NCBI RefSeq assembly: GCF_009914755.1
Contig: NC_060941.1
Origin: the human T2T-CHM13v2.0 reference genome, Homo sapiens
Strand: one strand, 5' to 3'
DNA: 64,000 nt
Shown piece by piece: positions 39,082 through 58,442 of this stretch. Position 1 is the stretch's first letter. Every line of letters begins with the position of its first letter. A program made the position numbers and the translations under genes. The notes beneath the pieces were generated by a model. The model had not been told where the DNA came from. It worked only from the letters and a program-made list of their open reading frames with translations, and did no database searches.

Positions 39082-39660
39082 TGTGTGAGTTTGCTGGGGC
39101 TGCCACAAAAAAGAATCATAGACTGGGTGGCTTAAACCACTGAAATTTATTTCCTCACAGTTCTAGAAGCTGGGAATCCAAGCTCAAGGTTGCTTGTAAG
39201 GCTTCTCCCCACTGGCTTACAAACAGCCGTCTTCTCCCTATGTCTTCACACGGTTTTCCCTCTGTGTGTATCTGTGTCCTCATTTCCCTTTCTTAAAAGG
39301 ACACCAGTCATACAGGATGAGGGCCCACCCTAATGACCGCATTTTATTTAGTTAGTTAGTTAGTTAGTTATTTTCCTTGACCTACAACAGTGTGGTCAAA
39401 AATTCTTTTTCTTTTTATTTGTACTTTGTAGAGCCAAGGTCTCACCATGTTGCCCAGGCTTGTCTTCAACTCCTGGCCTTAAGTGATCCTCCTGTCTTGG
39501 CCTCCCAAAGGGTTAGGATTACAGGCATGAGCTACTACAGCTGGCCATGCATTTTAACTTACCTCTTTAAAGACTCTTTCTCCACATGCAGTCACATTCT
39601 GAGGTACTAGGGGTTGGGACTTCAAATACGAGTGGGGAGTGGGTCCAAACTCAGCCCATG
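39082..39660 (-). mobile_element. MLT1A/B solo LTR with an Alu monomer (39405-39546) and (TTAG)n inside
   Basis: 'gactgggtggcttaaac...aaatttatttcctcacagttct' and 'cagtcacattctgaggtactaggggtt'. Confidence 0.8.
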
Positions 39661-42600
39661 GTATTCTTGAGCACTCCCACAGCCCTGACTGTCCCCTGGG
39701 GCCCCTCACTGTGCTGGGCACATCCCCGTTATCACTCGGTCTGGTTCCCCACGGACAATGAACCCTCTGATCCTAGGGACCCCTGAGTCCTGTCCACTCC
39801 ATCTCATTCTCGGCTATATCCCAGGGTTGAGAACACACCTCGAGCCTTAGAGGGGCTTAACTGAAGGCAGGGAAGGATGAAGGAGGCAACAGAGCTCTTA
39901 CTGCAAATGATTAAAGCTTGTCTGGGCCAAGAATTCCAACAGCTTTCCTAATCGGATAGCAGGGACAGGGAGGAGGTCTTAGGAGGAGGCCTCAGAAGCA
40001 ACTTCAAAGAGGCCAGAGGAGAAAGGATGACCACAGCAGAGAGGTGAGGGGTTAGACCAAGCCACCTGGTTGAGTCGGGACAGCTGGGTGCAAGAGCTGG
40101 GGAGAGACTCCCCCACTCTCCTCCCTGCACAGCGTCTCTTAGCACCGCTTGCATTCATCACCCGTAAACTTCAAATCCCGTACACAGCCACCATCACCTT
40201 CAAAATCCTTCCAGTCATCCTCAAAATCCTTCTAGTCACCCTGAATGGGCAGCAGAATGGGTGTCACCACCCTTTTGACAGCTGAAAAAACTGAAGGTCA
40301 GAGATCTTACATGAACATTGCAAGGCCAAAGAGCCAATAACTCTGTGGAAGGGGTGTTGGAAGGTACCGTAGTTAAAACCCAGGGCCCTCAGCTACACCC
40401 AGCTGTCCCTGCAGCAGCCCTACTGAGAAGGAGATGAGGAGAGAGGACCACTCCAAGCACCCAGCTGCCTTTCACTTGCCAATCCTGGGAGTCCTGGCCT
40501 GGGGCTCAATGGCCTTGTTCTCCAGGAGCCAGTGGCCTTCCCTTAATAGTCAGCACTCCAAGATGACCTGGCTATACTCCTTCTAATCTTGGCCGTCCGT
40601 GACCCCAAGCTGGTTAAGCCGTGAGCCAAAATCAGACAAGATGTCCCCAGTTCTTAAGGCAAGCTCTCCCTTTATCCTCTTTGATTCACCCATCCAGTCA
40701 TCAAATACTTACTGAGCCAGACTTCAGAGACACCAAGCACCATGCCAGACCAGAGTAGTTACAAAAGTTTAGGAAGTGGCGTTCCTGGCCCTGCAGAGCT
40801 CAGAGTGTAATGGAGGAAACAGTCAAATAAATAAGGCATCGCAGTCCCATGTGGTTGGTGCCATCCCAGCAGGAGATCCCCATGCAAGCCAGCAGAAGAA
40901 AGGACTCTGCCTGGGGGAGAGCAAAGGCCACACAGAGGAAGGGGTCCATGGGCTGGATCTTGATAAAAGATCATCATTCCCTCGACAGGGATGAGAAGGG
41001 CCTCTAGACAGAAGCTGCAGCCGAGCAAAGGCACAGAGGTGTCAGGTTGCTTCCCGCTCCCCAGGAGAGGGAAAGTAAGGAGGCTGGAGAAGGAGTGAGG
41101 CCAGGTGCAGTTTGTACAGGGTCCATATTTGTGCAAGGTCCAGATGAGGAGTGTCTTGACACTTCAAGCAATGGGGAGCCAGTGGAGATCAGGTGTGGAG
41201 AGGATGCTGCTGACGCCATGTGTGGGGTCCCTGGCTCGGTGGAAACCCAAGAGATATTTACTAAGGACCAGGTTAATGGAGACTGTGTCTGCTCCTATGG
41301 AGGTGTTACCTTCTCACTGCTGCCCTCCAGCCTTCTCAGATGGAGTATAGCCTCTAAGCATGACTGCTGCTCTTCTCCCCAGACCACAAGCCATAGAAAG
41401 CCAAGTACAGGTGACTGCATGATTATCAATCATGTCAGCTGCCTGTCTGCACCGTAACCCTTTCCAACTTGGCTGCATCTCACATCAGTCCTCATTTGCA
41501 AGAGACTTGCAGCTGTAGCTGAATATATATATAGTCTTGATGATTTGCAGTGAAGCATAATTTACACCTTCTACTGCTTCTCAGAGAAATCATTTCCCCA
41601 AGACTAATAATAAAGCAGACCAGCCACCCAGAGTAACAAAGCCCCCCAACCACCTCAACACGCAATTCAGAAACAAACCAGAACACCGGCCGCATTAGGT
41701 CAGCACTGGCGCCATTAGGCACCTCCAAGAGCAAAGCTGACAGGCAGGGAAGGAATGTCAGCATTTAGCATCACATAACACTGGGTTTTCAAACTGGGTC
41801 CTACAGAGCCGGAGGGATTCCTGGAGGGAGTGATCCAGAGCCTGAGTCACAGTCCCCTGGGAGTGTATGTGGCAGAATGAGCAGCTGCTTTATCCAGGCC
41901 CCTGAAGCAAGCACCAGGGCTGGGAGATGGGGGATTCCAGGCAAGCTCAGCTCCCCTGCCTCTCCCATTCAGCAATGCCAAGAAGTATCGCTGGCTTCTT
42001 GGACCAGGACGAAGGGCTTAGGCCAGAGATGGTTCTGTGGTGCCCGTGGAGTGCTTGGCAATGCCTTGGCAAGTCCATTACCAACATCTCCCAAACTCGC
42101 CGCCCCCACCCCCACACTCTCTGAATGACTCCACATAGAGGACTCTGCATAGATGAGGAAGGAGTCTGGCTTCATGTCCACTCCGGCTATTTTCTCCCAG
42201 GTGAGGCAGAAGAAGCCCATCTGAAATTCTAAACCCTATCAGGATCTGACAGCCACGCCCACCACAGGGCTCCAGAAAACCATACACGGAGCCTGTCTCA
42301 TACCTCTCCTGTGAACATCCCTAAACCCCAGCTCACTGTCTCTCCCAGCACACATTCTAATCAGCATGCATTAGTAATCTGGCTAGAGGGACAGGCAAAT
42401 CTTTGAAAGAGCTTCACCACCAACTCAACTCCCCTCCCTCCCCCACCACCTTTTTTTTTTTTTTTTTTTTTTTTTTGCTGATGAGCAAAAATTGCCTCCT
42501 CTTTTCAAAGCAAGAAGTCATCAGAAACAGGAAGATCTCTGCCCTCTTCCCTGTGTGGGCTGTCACGGCAGACAGCGGAGGGCTTTTCTTTGTTTGCTGG

Positions 42601-42790
42601 TTAACAGAGGGAATTAGAGAAAAAAGGTGAGCAGAGAGAGCCCTACAACCACCACCTTGGAGGATCCGATTATACGGCCAGAACAGACAGGTGCTGGGGC
42701 ACAGAAAGAGCTCAAAAACTGTAGTCGACTGGCTGAGAGAACCAATGTCCCCTCTGCCATGTCACAAGACACATCAACTTGAAAACATCT

Positions 42791-43089
42791 GGCCAGGCAC
42801 GGTGGCTCATGCCTGTAATCCCAGCAGTTTGCAAGGCTGAGGTGGGCGGATCACCTGAGGTCGGGAGTTCGAGACCAGCCTGACCAACATGGAGAAACTC
42901 GGTCTCTACTAAAAATACAAAATTAGCCGGGCGTGGTGGTGCATGCCTGTAATCCCAACTACTCTGGAGGCTGAGGCAGGAGAATCGCTTGAAGGTGGGA
43001 GGCGGATGTTGCAGTGAGCCGAGATCGATCGTTCCATTGCACTCCAGCCTGGGCAACATGAGTGAAACTCCATCTCAAAAAAAAAAAAA
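42791..43089 (+). mobile_element. AluSp-like
   Basis: 'gtcgggagttcgagaccagcctgaccaacatggagaaac'. Confidence 0.9.
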
Positions 43090-43751
43090 TTCATAGGTCC
43101 TGTGACACCAAATGAGAGGAGAGTATTTTCCCTTATACCAAGCAGGGAGATATTTCAGGAGATCTTGGATGCAATCTGTTGCAGAAAACTCCGTGTTTCC
43201 AAGCTGGTTTATCTGTCACCTTATCTAAGATAAGATTCCCCTCCCCTTCAATCCCCTTAACCTCTTAAGATTCTTGGTCACATTTTATCACATGCAGGGA
43301 GGATCTGGATAGGAGGAGACTGAGACTATGAACATGAATTTTTGGTTTAAGTTTGTGGTCCAAATACACTATAACAAACTCAGAGATCCACAGAAGGGCT
43401 GTGACTTCCTTGGGCAAAAATGTCTTCAATGACAGTGCTAAAACCAGACAAACAGGGACCTGATGGTGCTAAAACCAGACAAACAGAACCAAGATTGAAA
43501 CTGACTTAAGGTGACAGTGGCCAGGGGTCAGAAAGACAAGGTCCCCACCCAAAATGGTGACCAGGAGGTTGGGAAGGACGCTCCGAGACAGCAGGTTTCT
43601 TTTATTAATAAAGAAGGCAAATAGTAATGACCAGCATTCTGAGCAATGGATGCAAAATACGTAATATGGCAGTGACCATCAGCAAATACTGAGAACTGGT
43701 GTCAAGCTCTCAGTGGAGCATTTACGTTTAGGAAAACAATTGTAACTTTCA

Positions 43752-44195
<444 letters not shown>

Positions 44196-44831
44196 TCATC
44201 ACCATTGCACCAAACTGCCTGCCAAGATGCCCACAAATCGAGAACACCCCCATCCAAGGAGTCACCCAATAATCAAATCAATCCCAAGGGAGGCCGATTT
44301 CTTCAACGCCTGTTTTTCTCTCCAGCACGAAATAATAATGGTTTGCTGCCCTATATATACAATGACTTCATGGAATCTGAGTTATTTGCCCTGCAGCAGG
44401 GATGTTCTATTTGAGTCACACACACTCTGTTCCCCAATCAATCTTGTTACCTATCCTATGCATGTGTAAGATGCCTGCATGGGATTTTTATTGTTTTGTA
44501 TTTATTTTATTGTAACTCCTTATTGTTACTTTTTTCCCCATGTGAAGCCAAGTAACTACCATGGGCAGCAAACTCAGAATCTGGTATTCATCGGCACCAT
44601 GAATGTCAGCATGAGGGAACTATAACCCTTTGTTTTCTTATCAAGTCCCTAAGCCTGGTTGTACAAGGACGCTAAAGGCTTAAAAGATCAGAGACCCAAT
44701 CCTTGAGCTCAAGGATTCCACAATGTAGTGGGTGGCAACAAAATTCCAACCCAGTAGGGTAAGTGTTAAGAGGTCTAGAATAAGAATGAGGGTGGCGGGG
44801 GGTGGGGGGTGGCAGTGCGGGGGTGGCGGTG

Positions 44832-45326
<495 letters not shown>

Positions 45327-45496
45327 CTAAAATGCAGCTCAGGAGATAGACAGGGGTTGGGTCATGAAGGGCTTGTAAACAAGGCTAAGGCATGGTATAT
45401 TGTAAAGGCAATGAAGAACCTATGAAAAATGTTAAACAGCAGAGTTCCGTGATCAAACTGGCTACAAAAATCACTGCACCATCACTCTGGAGGATA

Positions 45497-46337
<841 letters not shown>

Positions 46338-46899
46338 GATGGACATCACTAGGGGGATAAAATGGACAGCCACTCCTGTTAGGGCACACGGCAGAAATCC
46401 AGACTAAGTCTCCGACAGCAAGGACCTGAGAGTTCCATCTAGGGGCTGCAGGAGACACCGGCTTTGTGGTACCGCCACCATCTGCAGTGTACAGCCCTAC
46501 AACACGGGCCCAGGATTAGATTCTGAGCTCCACAGCAACACTTTAAAAAGAGATTTTCCATCCAGCCCCTTGAAACAAACCTTTCCTTTGCCCCAGCAAC
46601 AGGCAAAAAGACAAAAACGAATGCTTGAGTCCTTCAGCAGTCTCCTGAGTTTCACCTCTCCCAATAAATAGCCTTTTCCTCATTACAAAAAGAGTTTTGT
46701 GTGGGAGTGCCCAGGCAGCCGGAGGTCCATCAAACCCAGGTAAGAAGCCATTAAGACTAATTAGCCCAGCCTGAGCAGCAGCAACCATTATGTAGCAGTT
46801 TCAAATAAACTAGCAATGGCCAGACGCTGCAGCTTCCCTTGCTTTCACTTGTAGGACCTACGCCCCGAAAACCCTCAGGAAAATGCTATACCATCTTGT

Positions 46900-47035
46900 A
46901 TGCAACTCCCCAAGTGTTATCCCAATACCAGCAACATCCCATGGGAATATGCTGGAGATGCAGAATCTCAGGCCCCACCCCAGACCTACTGAATCCAAAT
47001 CTGCATTTCATAAGACTCACAAGTGATTTGTGCCT
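46900..47035. mobile_element. MER5A fragment
   Basis: 'atgcagaatctcaggccccaccccagacctactgaatc'. Confidence 0.8.
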
Positions 47036-47306
47036 CATCGATAATGCCGCACCAGACAGTCTTGCAGTACGACCTCAGAGAGGCCCTTGGAAAAGGGTCC
47101 CCCTACTTCCCCAACACCATCCGCCCTGTGTGCCCCAATGAAACTCCAGTTAACAGGCAGCTGTCAGCATCCAACTATGATCACCAGAGCATACAGGAAG
47201 GTAAACTGCACTTACAGAGTGTGTGTGTACAAAGTGCCAAAGCTCTTCTACCAGGCTCTCCTGATCCTCAGAGGAGCCCTGGGAGACTTAGAAAGATTCT
47301 GCAACT

Positions 47307-47745
<439 letters not shown>

Positions 47746-48297
47746 CTAAGCTGTCCATACTGGGAGCAGCTGCAGGGCTCACATTCCAGTTCACAAACCA
47801 AACCACACAAAACAACCAGTTATCCCCTTGGAACTGATAAACTGTCTCAAGATGTAGAGACCATGTCCCCGTTGCATATGTTTTTCCTGACACTGTTGGC
47901 ATCTGGCAAGACCATCCCTGGCTGCCTCTCCATCGTCCTGGTTCATACTGCAGTCCAGACCCTGCCCCCCAGCCTTTCCAGCGGCTGAATCCTGCACTTC
48001 CTCCTTAGCCAGGCTCCTGGCATTGGCCCCAGGAAAGCCTCCCTGAGGCCCACCTCCACCTCATGATCAAGGAAACTCCTCTGGTCAAACAGGAACACCA
48101 GCCACCATATCTCTGTCCTCGGATTAAATATACTCACAGAGGTCTAATTCCAAAACCTGTGTTCTTTCCATGACCCTGGGTAGCCTCATATAATCCACTT
48201 TTAAAGAGAAAGAATGAAAGTAAACTAAATCCAATCTAATTCCAGGATTTAACAAGTCTTGCAGACAAACTGAAAACCCCTAAGGGTATTCAAATGC

Positions 48298-50067
48298 CTT
48301 GCTACTCAAATTGTGGCCGGCAGACTGGAAGCAGTGGCATCACCTGGGAGCTGGCGGGAAATGCAGAATCCCAGTGTGGTGTAATATGAAATATATTTGG
48401 TCCTTGTCCCCAGGTCCTGCCACATAGCTCCTCAAACCCTTGGAATTTCCTGATAGGAATGTTGTTTGTTATTCATAATGAGCCCATTTGATCACACTTC
48501 AGTGGATGCTAATAAGGTGACTTAGGGTGGGGGCCCTCAGATAGCCCAGGTTGGAGCTGGTCACCAGGAACAAGTTATTAGAGGATTAGAGGGTTGGGAT
48601 TTTTGAGCCCCACCTGCTGACCTCCAGGAAAAGGGGGGCCATGGGAGGCTGGAGACCAAGCTCTATAAAAACTCTTTTTTTTTTTTTTTTGAGACGGAGT
48701 GTTGCTGTGTCTCACTCAGGCTGGAGTGCAGTGGTGTGATCTAGGCTCACTGCAACCTCCACCTCCCAGGTTCAAGCAACTCTCCTGTCTCAGCCTCCTG
48801 AGTAGCTGAGACTACGGCGCGTGCCACCACACCAGGCTCATTTGTGTATTTTTAGTAGAGACGGGGTTTTGTATGTTGGCCAGGCTGTTCTTGAACTCCT
48901 GACCTCAGGTGATCTACCTTCCTCGGCCTCCCAAAGTGCTGAGATTACAGGCATGAGCCACCCTGCCCAGCCTATAAAAACTCTTGAACAAGATTTGATA
49001 AGCTTCTGGGTTGCTGAACACATGGAGGTGCTAGGAGAGTCCAGAGAGGGCATGGAAGCTGCACACCCCTACCCCCATATGCCCTGGCATTGAACAGGCA
49101 GCCCCCAGCATTCAACTATGATCACTAGAGCATGCAGAAATATGAATTCCACTTATGGAGTGTGTACAAGGTGCCAAGCTCTTCTCCCAGCTTCTCCTGG
49201 CCCTCAGAGCAATCCTGGGAAACTTAGAAAAATTCTTCAACTTGCAGAATGCACCCCTTCCTCTGGCTGTTCATCTGTATCCTTTATAGTAAACCAGTAA
49301 ACGTGTTTCCCCAAGTTCTGTGAGCCATCCTAGGAAATTAATCAAACCCAAGCAGGGAGCAGTGGGAAACCCAATTTACAGCCGGTCAATCAGAAATATA
49401 AGTGACACTACTTGACATATGAAGTGGGGCACTCTTGTGGGACTGCGCTCTCAGCCTGTAGGATCTGACTCCAACACCAGGTAGACAATGTCACAACCCA
49501 ATAGAAATATAAGAGGTTCAGCTGGTGTCCACTGAAGAACCCGCCTGGTGTGTGGGAAAACACTCGCCACCCCCAATCAAGTCACAGAAGTGTCTGGTGC
49601 TGTGTGAGTGTGGAGAAACAGGATGGAGTGTGAGCAGAGAGTTTGGTTTTTTCTTTCAGATTCAGGTTTCCACTTCAGACTACTAAATCAGTCTGCATTT
49701 TTTTTTTTTTTTTTTTTTTGGAGACGGAGTCTCGCTCTGACACCCAGGCTGGAGTGCAGTGGCGCATTCTCGGCTCACTGCAAGCTCCGCCTCCTGGTTC
49801 ACGCCATTCTCCTGCCTCAGCCTCCAGAGTAGCTGGGACCACAGGTGCCCACCATGCCCAGCTAATTTTTTGTATTTTTTTTTTTAATAGAGACGGGGTT
49901 TCACTGCGTTAGCCAGGATGGTCTCGATCTCCTGATCTTGTGATCCGCCTGCCTCGGCCTCCCAAAGTGCTGGCATTCCAGGTGTGAGCTACCGCGCGTG
50001 GCCAGAGTCTGCATTTTAACAAGAGCCTCGAGTGATATGCACACCCATTCATGTTGGAGAAGCACAG
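48298..50067. mobile_element. MER5A host element split by MER21 and by an antisense AluY (49697-50003)
   Basis: 5' half 'catcacctgggagctg...aaatgcagaatcccag'; resumes 'cagactactaaatcagtctgcatttt...aacaaga...gagaagcac'; Alu TSD agtctgcatttt. Confidence 0.75.
48375..49660 (+). mobile_element. MER21-family LTR with an antisense AluS (48675-48972) and a captured non-LTR segment (49086-49248)
   Basis: 'tgtggtgtaatatgaaatatatttggtccttgtcccc...cccttggaatttcctga' and 'ctggctgttcatctgtatccttta' match MER21; Alu TSD tataaaaactctt. Confidence 0.82.
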
Positions 50068-50149
50068 ATCTCACACCATGTATAGTGATATTGTACAGCT
50101 AGGCTCTGATGTCCCTACACCAGAAGCCAGGCCCCACGTATTCAAAGGC

Positions 50150-50675
<526 letters not shown>

Positions 50676-50766
50676 TCAGTCTGAGAAGCACTGCTCTAGG
50701 TGCGATGATAAAATGCTGAAACTGAAACAGACAGGAACTGGGGTGTCCCCATGAGTGGTTACCCAT

Positions 50767-51123
50767 GTGGTGGTCAACAGGGCCATCTACATAGATACAG
50801 CTTGCTCCTTTTCTCCTTCCAAACACACGGCAGGATTGTATTTTTTCACTGTCTTAAAGTTAGGTGTGGCTGTGCTTTAGACAATAAAATACCAGCAGAA
50901 GTGTCATGTGTCATTCCTGGGCAAAAGCTTTAAGAACCATGTGCTGTTTGACACAGTCCCTGAGCATTCCACACACTGGGCGTTCCATCATCCTGGGTCC
51001 TGGAGGTCTTGCGGCTTTGGACCAACTCACAATAGACTTACAACATGAGCAAAAAGCAAATCCATGTTGCTTTACCACTGAGATTGCTGTGGTGGCATAA
51101 AGTAACCCATCCTGACCCATATA
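50767..51123 (+). mobile_element. Old MLT1 (I/J-type) LTR
   Basis: 'gcagaagtgtcatgtgtcattcctgggcaaaagctttaaga' and 'ccactgagatt...catcctgacccatata'. Confidence 0.65.
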
Positions 51124-51129
51124 GCACAC

Positions 51130-51520
51130 ACCCCCACAATGCTACCTTTTTCAGAATATTTCTGTTACTCCTCATTCACTGCTCAAATTCATCATTACTT
51201 TAAGGTAGGACCTCTTTTTTAGCCCTGAACAGCATTACTTAACTCAGTTACTCGCTTTGCTCATCAAACTTCACTCCGGAATCATCTGAGTTTTTCTTTT
51301 CCACAGATTTCCTCATGTGTTTATGCTTTTATCTTTTTGTACCGTATGCTTTTTGGTAAGCTGCCTTAAATCCTATTTGCCACAAGGTGACAGACAGACA
51401 GTCACATGAACAGACACACCAGACTTGGCTTTGAATGAATTTTGGCTGTTTCCAAAAAAAATCAAATCCACCCCTCAAAAGACAAAGATTTGCTGTTACT
51501 GAGGATATTTATAAGAATGC
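51130..51520 (+). mobile_element. Mariner-family (MARNA-like) transposon fossil with a transposase C-terminal remnant
   Basis: 51416-51520 translates, with one frameshift, to TPDLALNEFWLFPKKIKST/LKRQRFAVTEDIYKN, matching the mariner YSPDLAPxD-F-LF...LKG-RF motif. Confidence 0.7.
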
Positions 51521-51736
51521 AGTCCCGGGCCAGCATGTATTCCTTCTACCTATTCTTCCCACAAAAGGATACTTACAGAATGTTTGGTACACACAGTTCC
51601 CACTTTTGAAAAGTAATTCTTTTCTGGACACACCATCTCTTTTTGCCTCACTGTGAGGAGAAATGTGAACTATGCTAGCTCCACAAAGACATTTAGCATC
51701 ATTAACCAATATTTTTATTTTTTAAATTCAGTTTCA

Positions 51737-52706
<970 letters not shown>

Positions 52707-52939
52707 TGAAGTGTCTATCCAAGTTCCTTGCCCATTCTTATACTGATATGTTCCTCTTTGTTTTGGGTTTTGTTGTTTTAATTTATAAAAGCACTTTCTA
52801 CATTAAGGAACTTTTTCCAAATTTGTATTTGCCTTTTACCTCCTTTTTTTTGGGAAGAGATTTCTAGTGGCAGAATAAAGGATGGACAGATGGGGAAAAT
52901 ACAAAAGGGAAAAAGTGCATTACAAGTGACCTGCAAGAA

Positions 52940-54013
<1,074 letters not shown>

Positions 54014-54021
54014 CAAGTTAA

Positions 54022-54391
<370 letters not shown>

Positions 54392-54476
54392 CTACTGAAC
54401 AGGAGAGGAAAGGTAAGGGGAGAGATATCAGGGAACTTGGTGGACAGATGGTGGTGACATTCACTAAAGTTTAGAG

Positions 54477-55640
<1,164 letters not shown>

Positions 55641-57171
55641 GAGGAGAGAGATGATGAGTTTAGTTTTGACATATGAAATTTGAGTACCTAGAGGTTGAAT
55701 CTGAAAACCAGCTCCAAGCTCAAGAAGAGTAGTAGACGGAGAACTAGGAAGTTAAACTAAAAACAAATTCTTAAAGATGGTAGGGAAGACAGAAAACGTG
55801 AAGAAAGGAGGTGGGTGGATCCTCTTAAGACTCCTCAAAAACTTCTCACAGTTCATATACCTACTGCAACTAAACTTTCACAACGTCACAACATGTTCTG
55901 GTCAGCCAAGGAAAAGCCAGAGAGATCTGCCAGCCGCCACTTCTTCTTCTCGCCATAGGCATAAATACCACCCCAGAAGCCTCGCCATTGCAGGGAGACA
56001 GAGAAATATACTAATTTTGCATTTAAGTACAGAGGAATCCCTCCTGACATTTTGTTAGAAAGCCTGTCATGTGTCGCCTTGCTGCTGTGAGTAATAAGAC
56101 AGCACAGTCCCCTGGGCTGGCCTGATAATAGTCAAAATACCTTACATGTACACAAGGTTTCCTGGTTTACCAAAAAACATTTTCTTTCACCAGCGAAGTG
56201 AGGATCAGTATCCGTGTTCACAGACAAGGTCTACCACACCATCAGAAAAAAGCTGGGCTTTTCCAGACTGAGAAGAGTACGTGAAGGTCAGCCTCTCATT
56301 CATGTTTCTAGGTGGTAACAGACATCAGGGATCCACAGAGCGGTGAACAGATGTCAGGGATTCCCGCCGACTTGTTGCTAAGGGAACTTTTGTGAAAATG
56401 CCCTGAACCCACTCAATCCATAAGCCTTGCTCATTGCTTTAAAGTCCTGTGGGGTAGCCACTGACCAGTCCAGCACACAAGTGTGACAAAAGAGGTGGTT
56501 CCTTCTGAGCTGAGGCTGACAGAGTGGTGGGCCAAAGGTCATTTTCTAACACCAGGAGCTACAAATACTGGCCACAGCCCCCATACCAAGGAGGAGGGTG
56601 ATTTAGTGAAGATGTCAGAAAGCACGCTGGTCTTTTCAGTCACAATTACCCACCCCTCCGAGCCACAAGCCCTAATTGCACCTTTTGTGAACAGAGTTGA
56701 TGACTGACTGAAAAATACTAGCATGAGGGACAAGGTCACACTCATTTTGGGTGATTTTCATGTTGCAGAAAGAAAGGAAAAGGCTCTGTATTAAAATCAA
56801 TTTGTGTAATATAGCAAACATCTATTAGATGTCAGGGAGCTCAGATCCACTATGTCTATGAATCATCAGCACTGAACAGCCCTGGCCTAAAAAAAGCTGG
56901 ACTGGTATGTCAATGGCTTAGTGGACAGGCCCAGAGCCAGGCAAATCTGATTTCAAATTCCAGCTGCATCGTCTATCATGTGGCCTTTAGAAAGAAACCT
57001 CTAGAGTCAAAAAAAAAAAAAAAAAAAAACCCTCCAAGGATTGCGATAGAGGTAGAACTGCCAAGTCTCTGCATTTTACCTCCCTCTTGGGGTTCTCTCT
57101 CTCATCAGTCTGGCCCAGCACTACCTCCTCACTAATGGATCATCTGTCCCATGTATGTTCTCCCTAGCCTT

Positions 57172-57701
57172 CTGAGGGAGCTAGTCTGCAATATGGCCCT
57201 CGATGAACCACGCCTCCCTCATAACCGCACCTGTACCCACCTCCCTTCCAAATTGACTCTGGACAGACCTGTGACTACTTTCCCAATAGAATGTGGCAGA
57301 AACGATATGCCAGTTCTGGGCCCAGACCTTAAGAGGGCCTGGCAATGTATGCCTTTGCATTCTTAGAAGCCAGCTACCACATAACTCCTGAAGAGAAAGG
57401 CCATGTGGAAAGGCCCTGGAGAATGAAACACTACATGGAGAAAGGCGCCACATGGAAGAACATCAAAGCACCAGACAGGTGAGTGAAGATGACATTTTGG
57501 AGGCTGCAGTCTAGTTGAGCCTCCAAGACTCTGCCCCAGCCACCATCTGATTGCAACTGCATGAGAGACACTGAGACAGACCAGCAGAAGAACCACCCAG
57601 CTGAGCCCCGTCAATCCACAAAACCATGCCAGATAATAAGAAATTGTTGCTTTGAAACACTAAATCTTGGAGTGGCTTGTTACATGGCAATAGATAAAAC
57701 A
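57172..57701 (+). mobile_element. MLT1 (G/H-type) solo LTR
   Basis: 'ccaatagaatgtggcagaa', 'gattgcaactgcatgagagacactgag', ends 'ttgttacatggcaatagataaaaca'. Confidence 0.8.
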
Positions 57702-58442
57702 TCATTCCTTAATTATCCATAGCACAGCCCACTCTCTCCCACAGACACTCCTTATCAACTCCTGCAGCACAACTGCATGAACCCAAAATGGGAGAACAAA
57801 GGGTAGAGTGAAGAAAATCAAGTTTAACGGTGACCCTCAGCAGCCATTCTAGTTGTGCCAGCAAACAGTGTCATATTCTGTTAGTAACCCAGAAAGAAAG
57901 GAAAAGGCTCTTTTTAGGAAAGAGAAAAGGTCCAGATTATCCAGCCAGATCCTGGATTCTAAGAATACCACCTAGTTCAAAGAAAGCTCTATTTTGTTTG
58001 CATTCCAATCCCATTGTCCCCCAGAATTATTTCCCAAAAGCTCTGGGAAGTTTTGTAGATGCCTTACAACATTCCCCAGGTCCCTAATTTCTTCTCTCCA
58101 TTCAAGGAAAGTACAGGCCACAGGAATTCCTGGACCCTATTAAACCCTCCAACCACTGACCTGTCCAGCCACTGGGCTTGTCCTGGTACCATGTCTTTCT
58201 CTCCAAATTTTCCCCAGGATGGAGATCTAGGATTCTCTATCCACCTTCCCCAGGAGCTATTTCTCAGCCTTGATGTACCCTAGAAAGCTGGTGGAAATAT
58301 TCCCACATGTGGGGTTCCCAGGTCTATGGAGGCAATCTCAGGCCTAGCTTGGAGCTGGCAGAACATGCTCCCACAGCTCCTATCTCTGGTCTCAGGTCTC
58401 TTCCTCTACCATATCTCTCAAATGATGTTAAAAAGACTTCTC

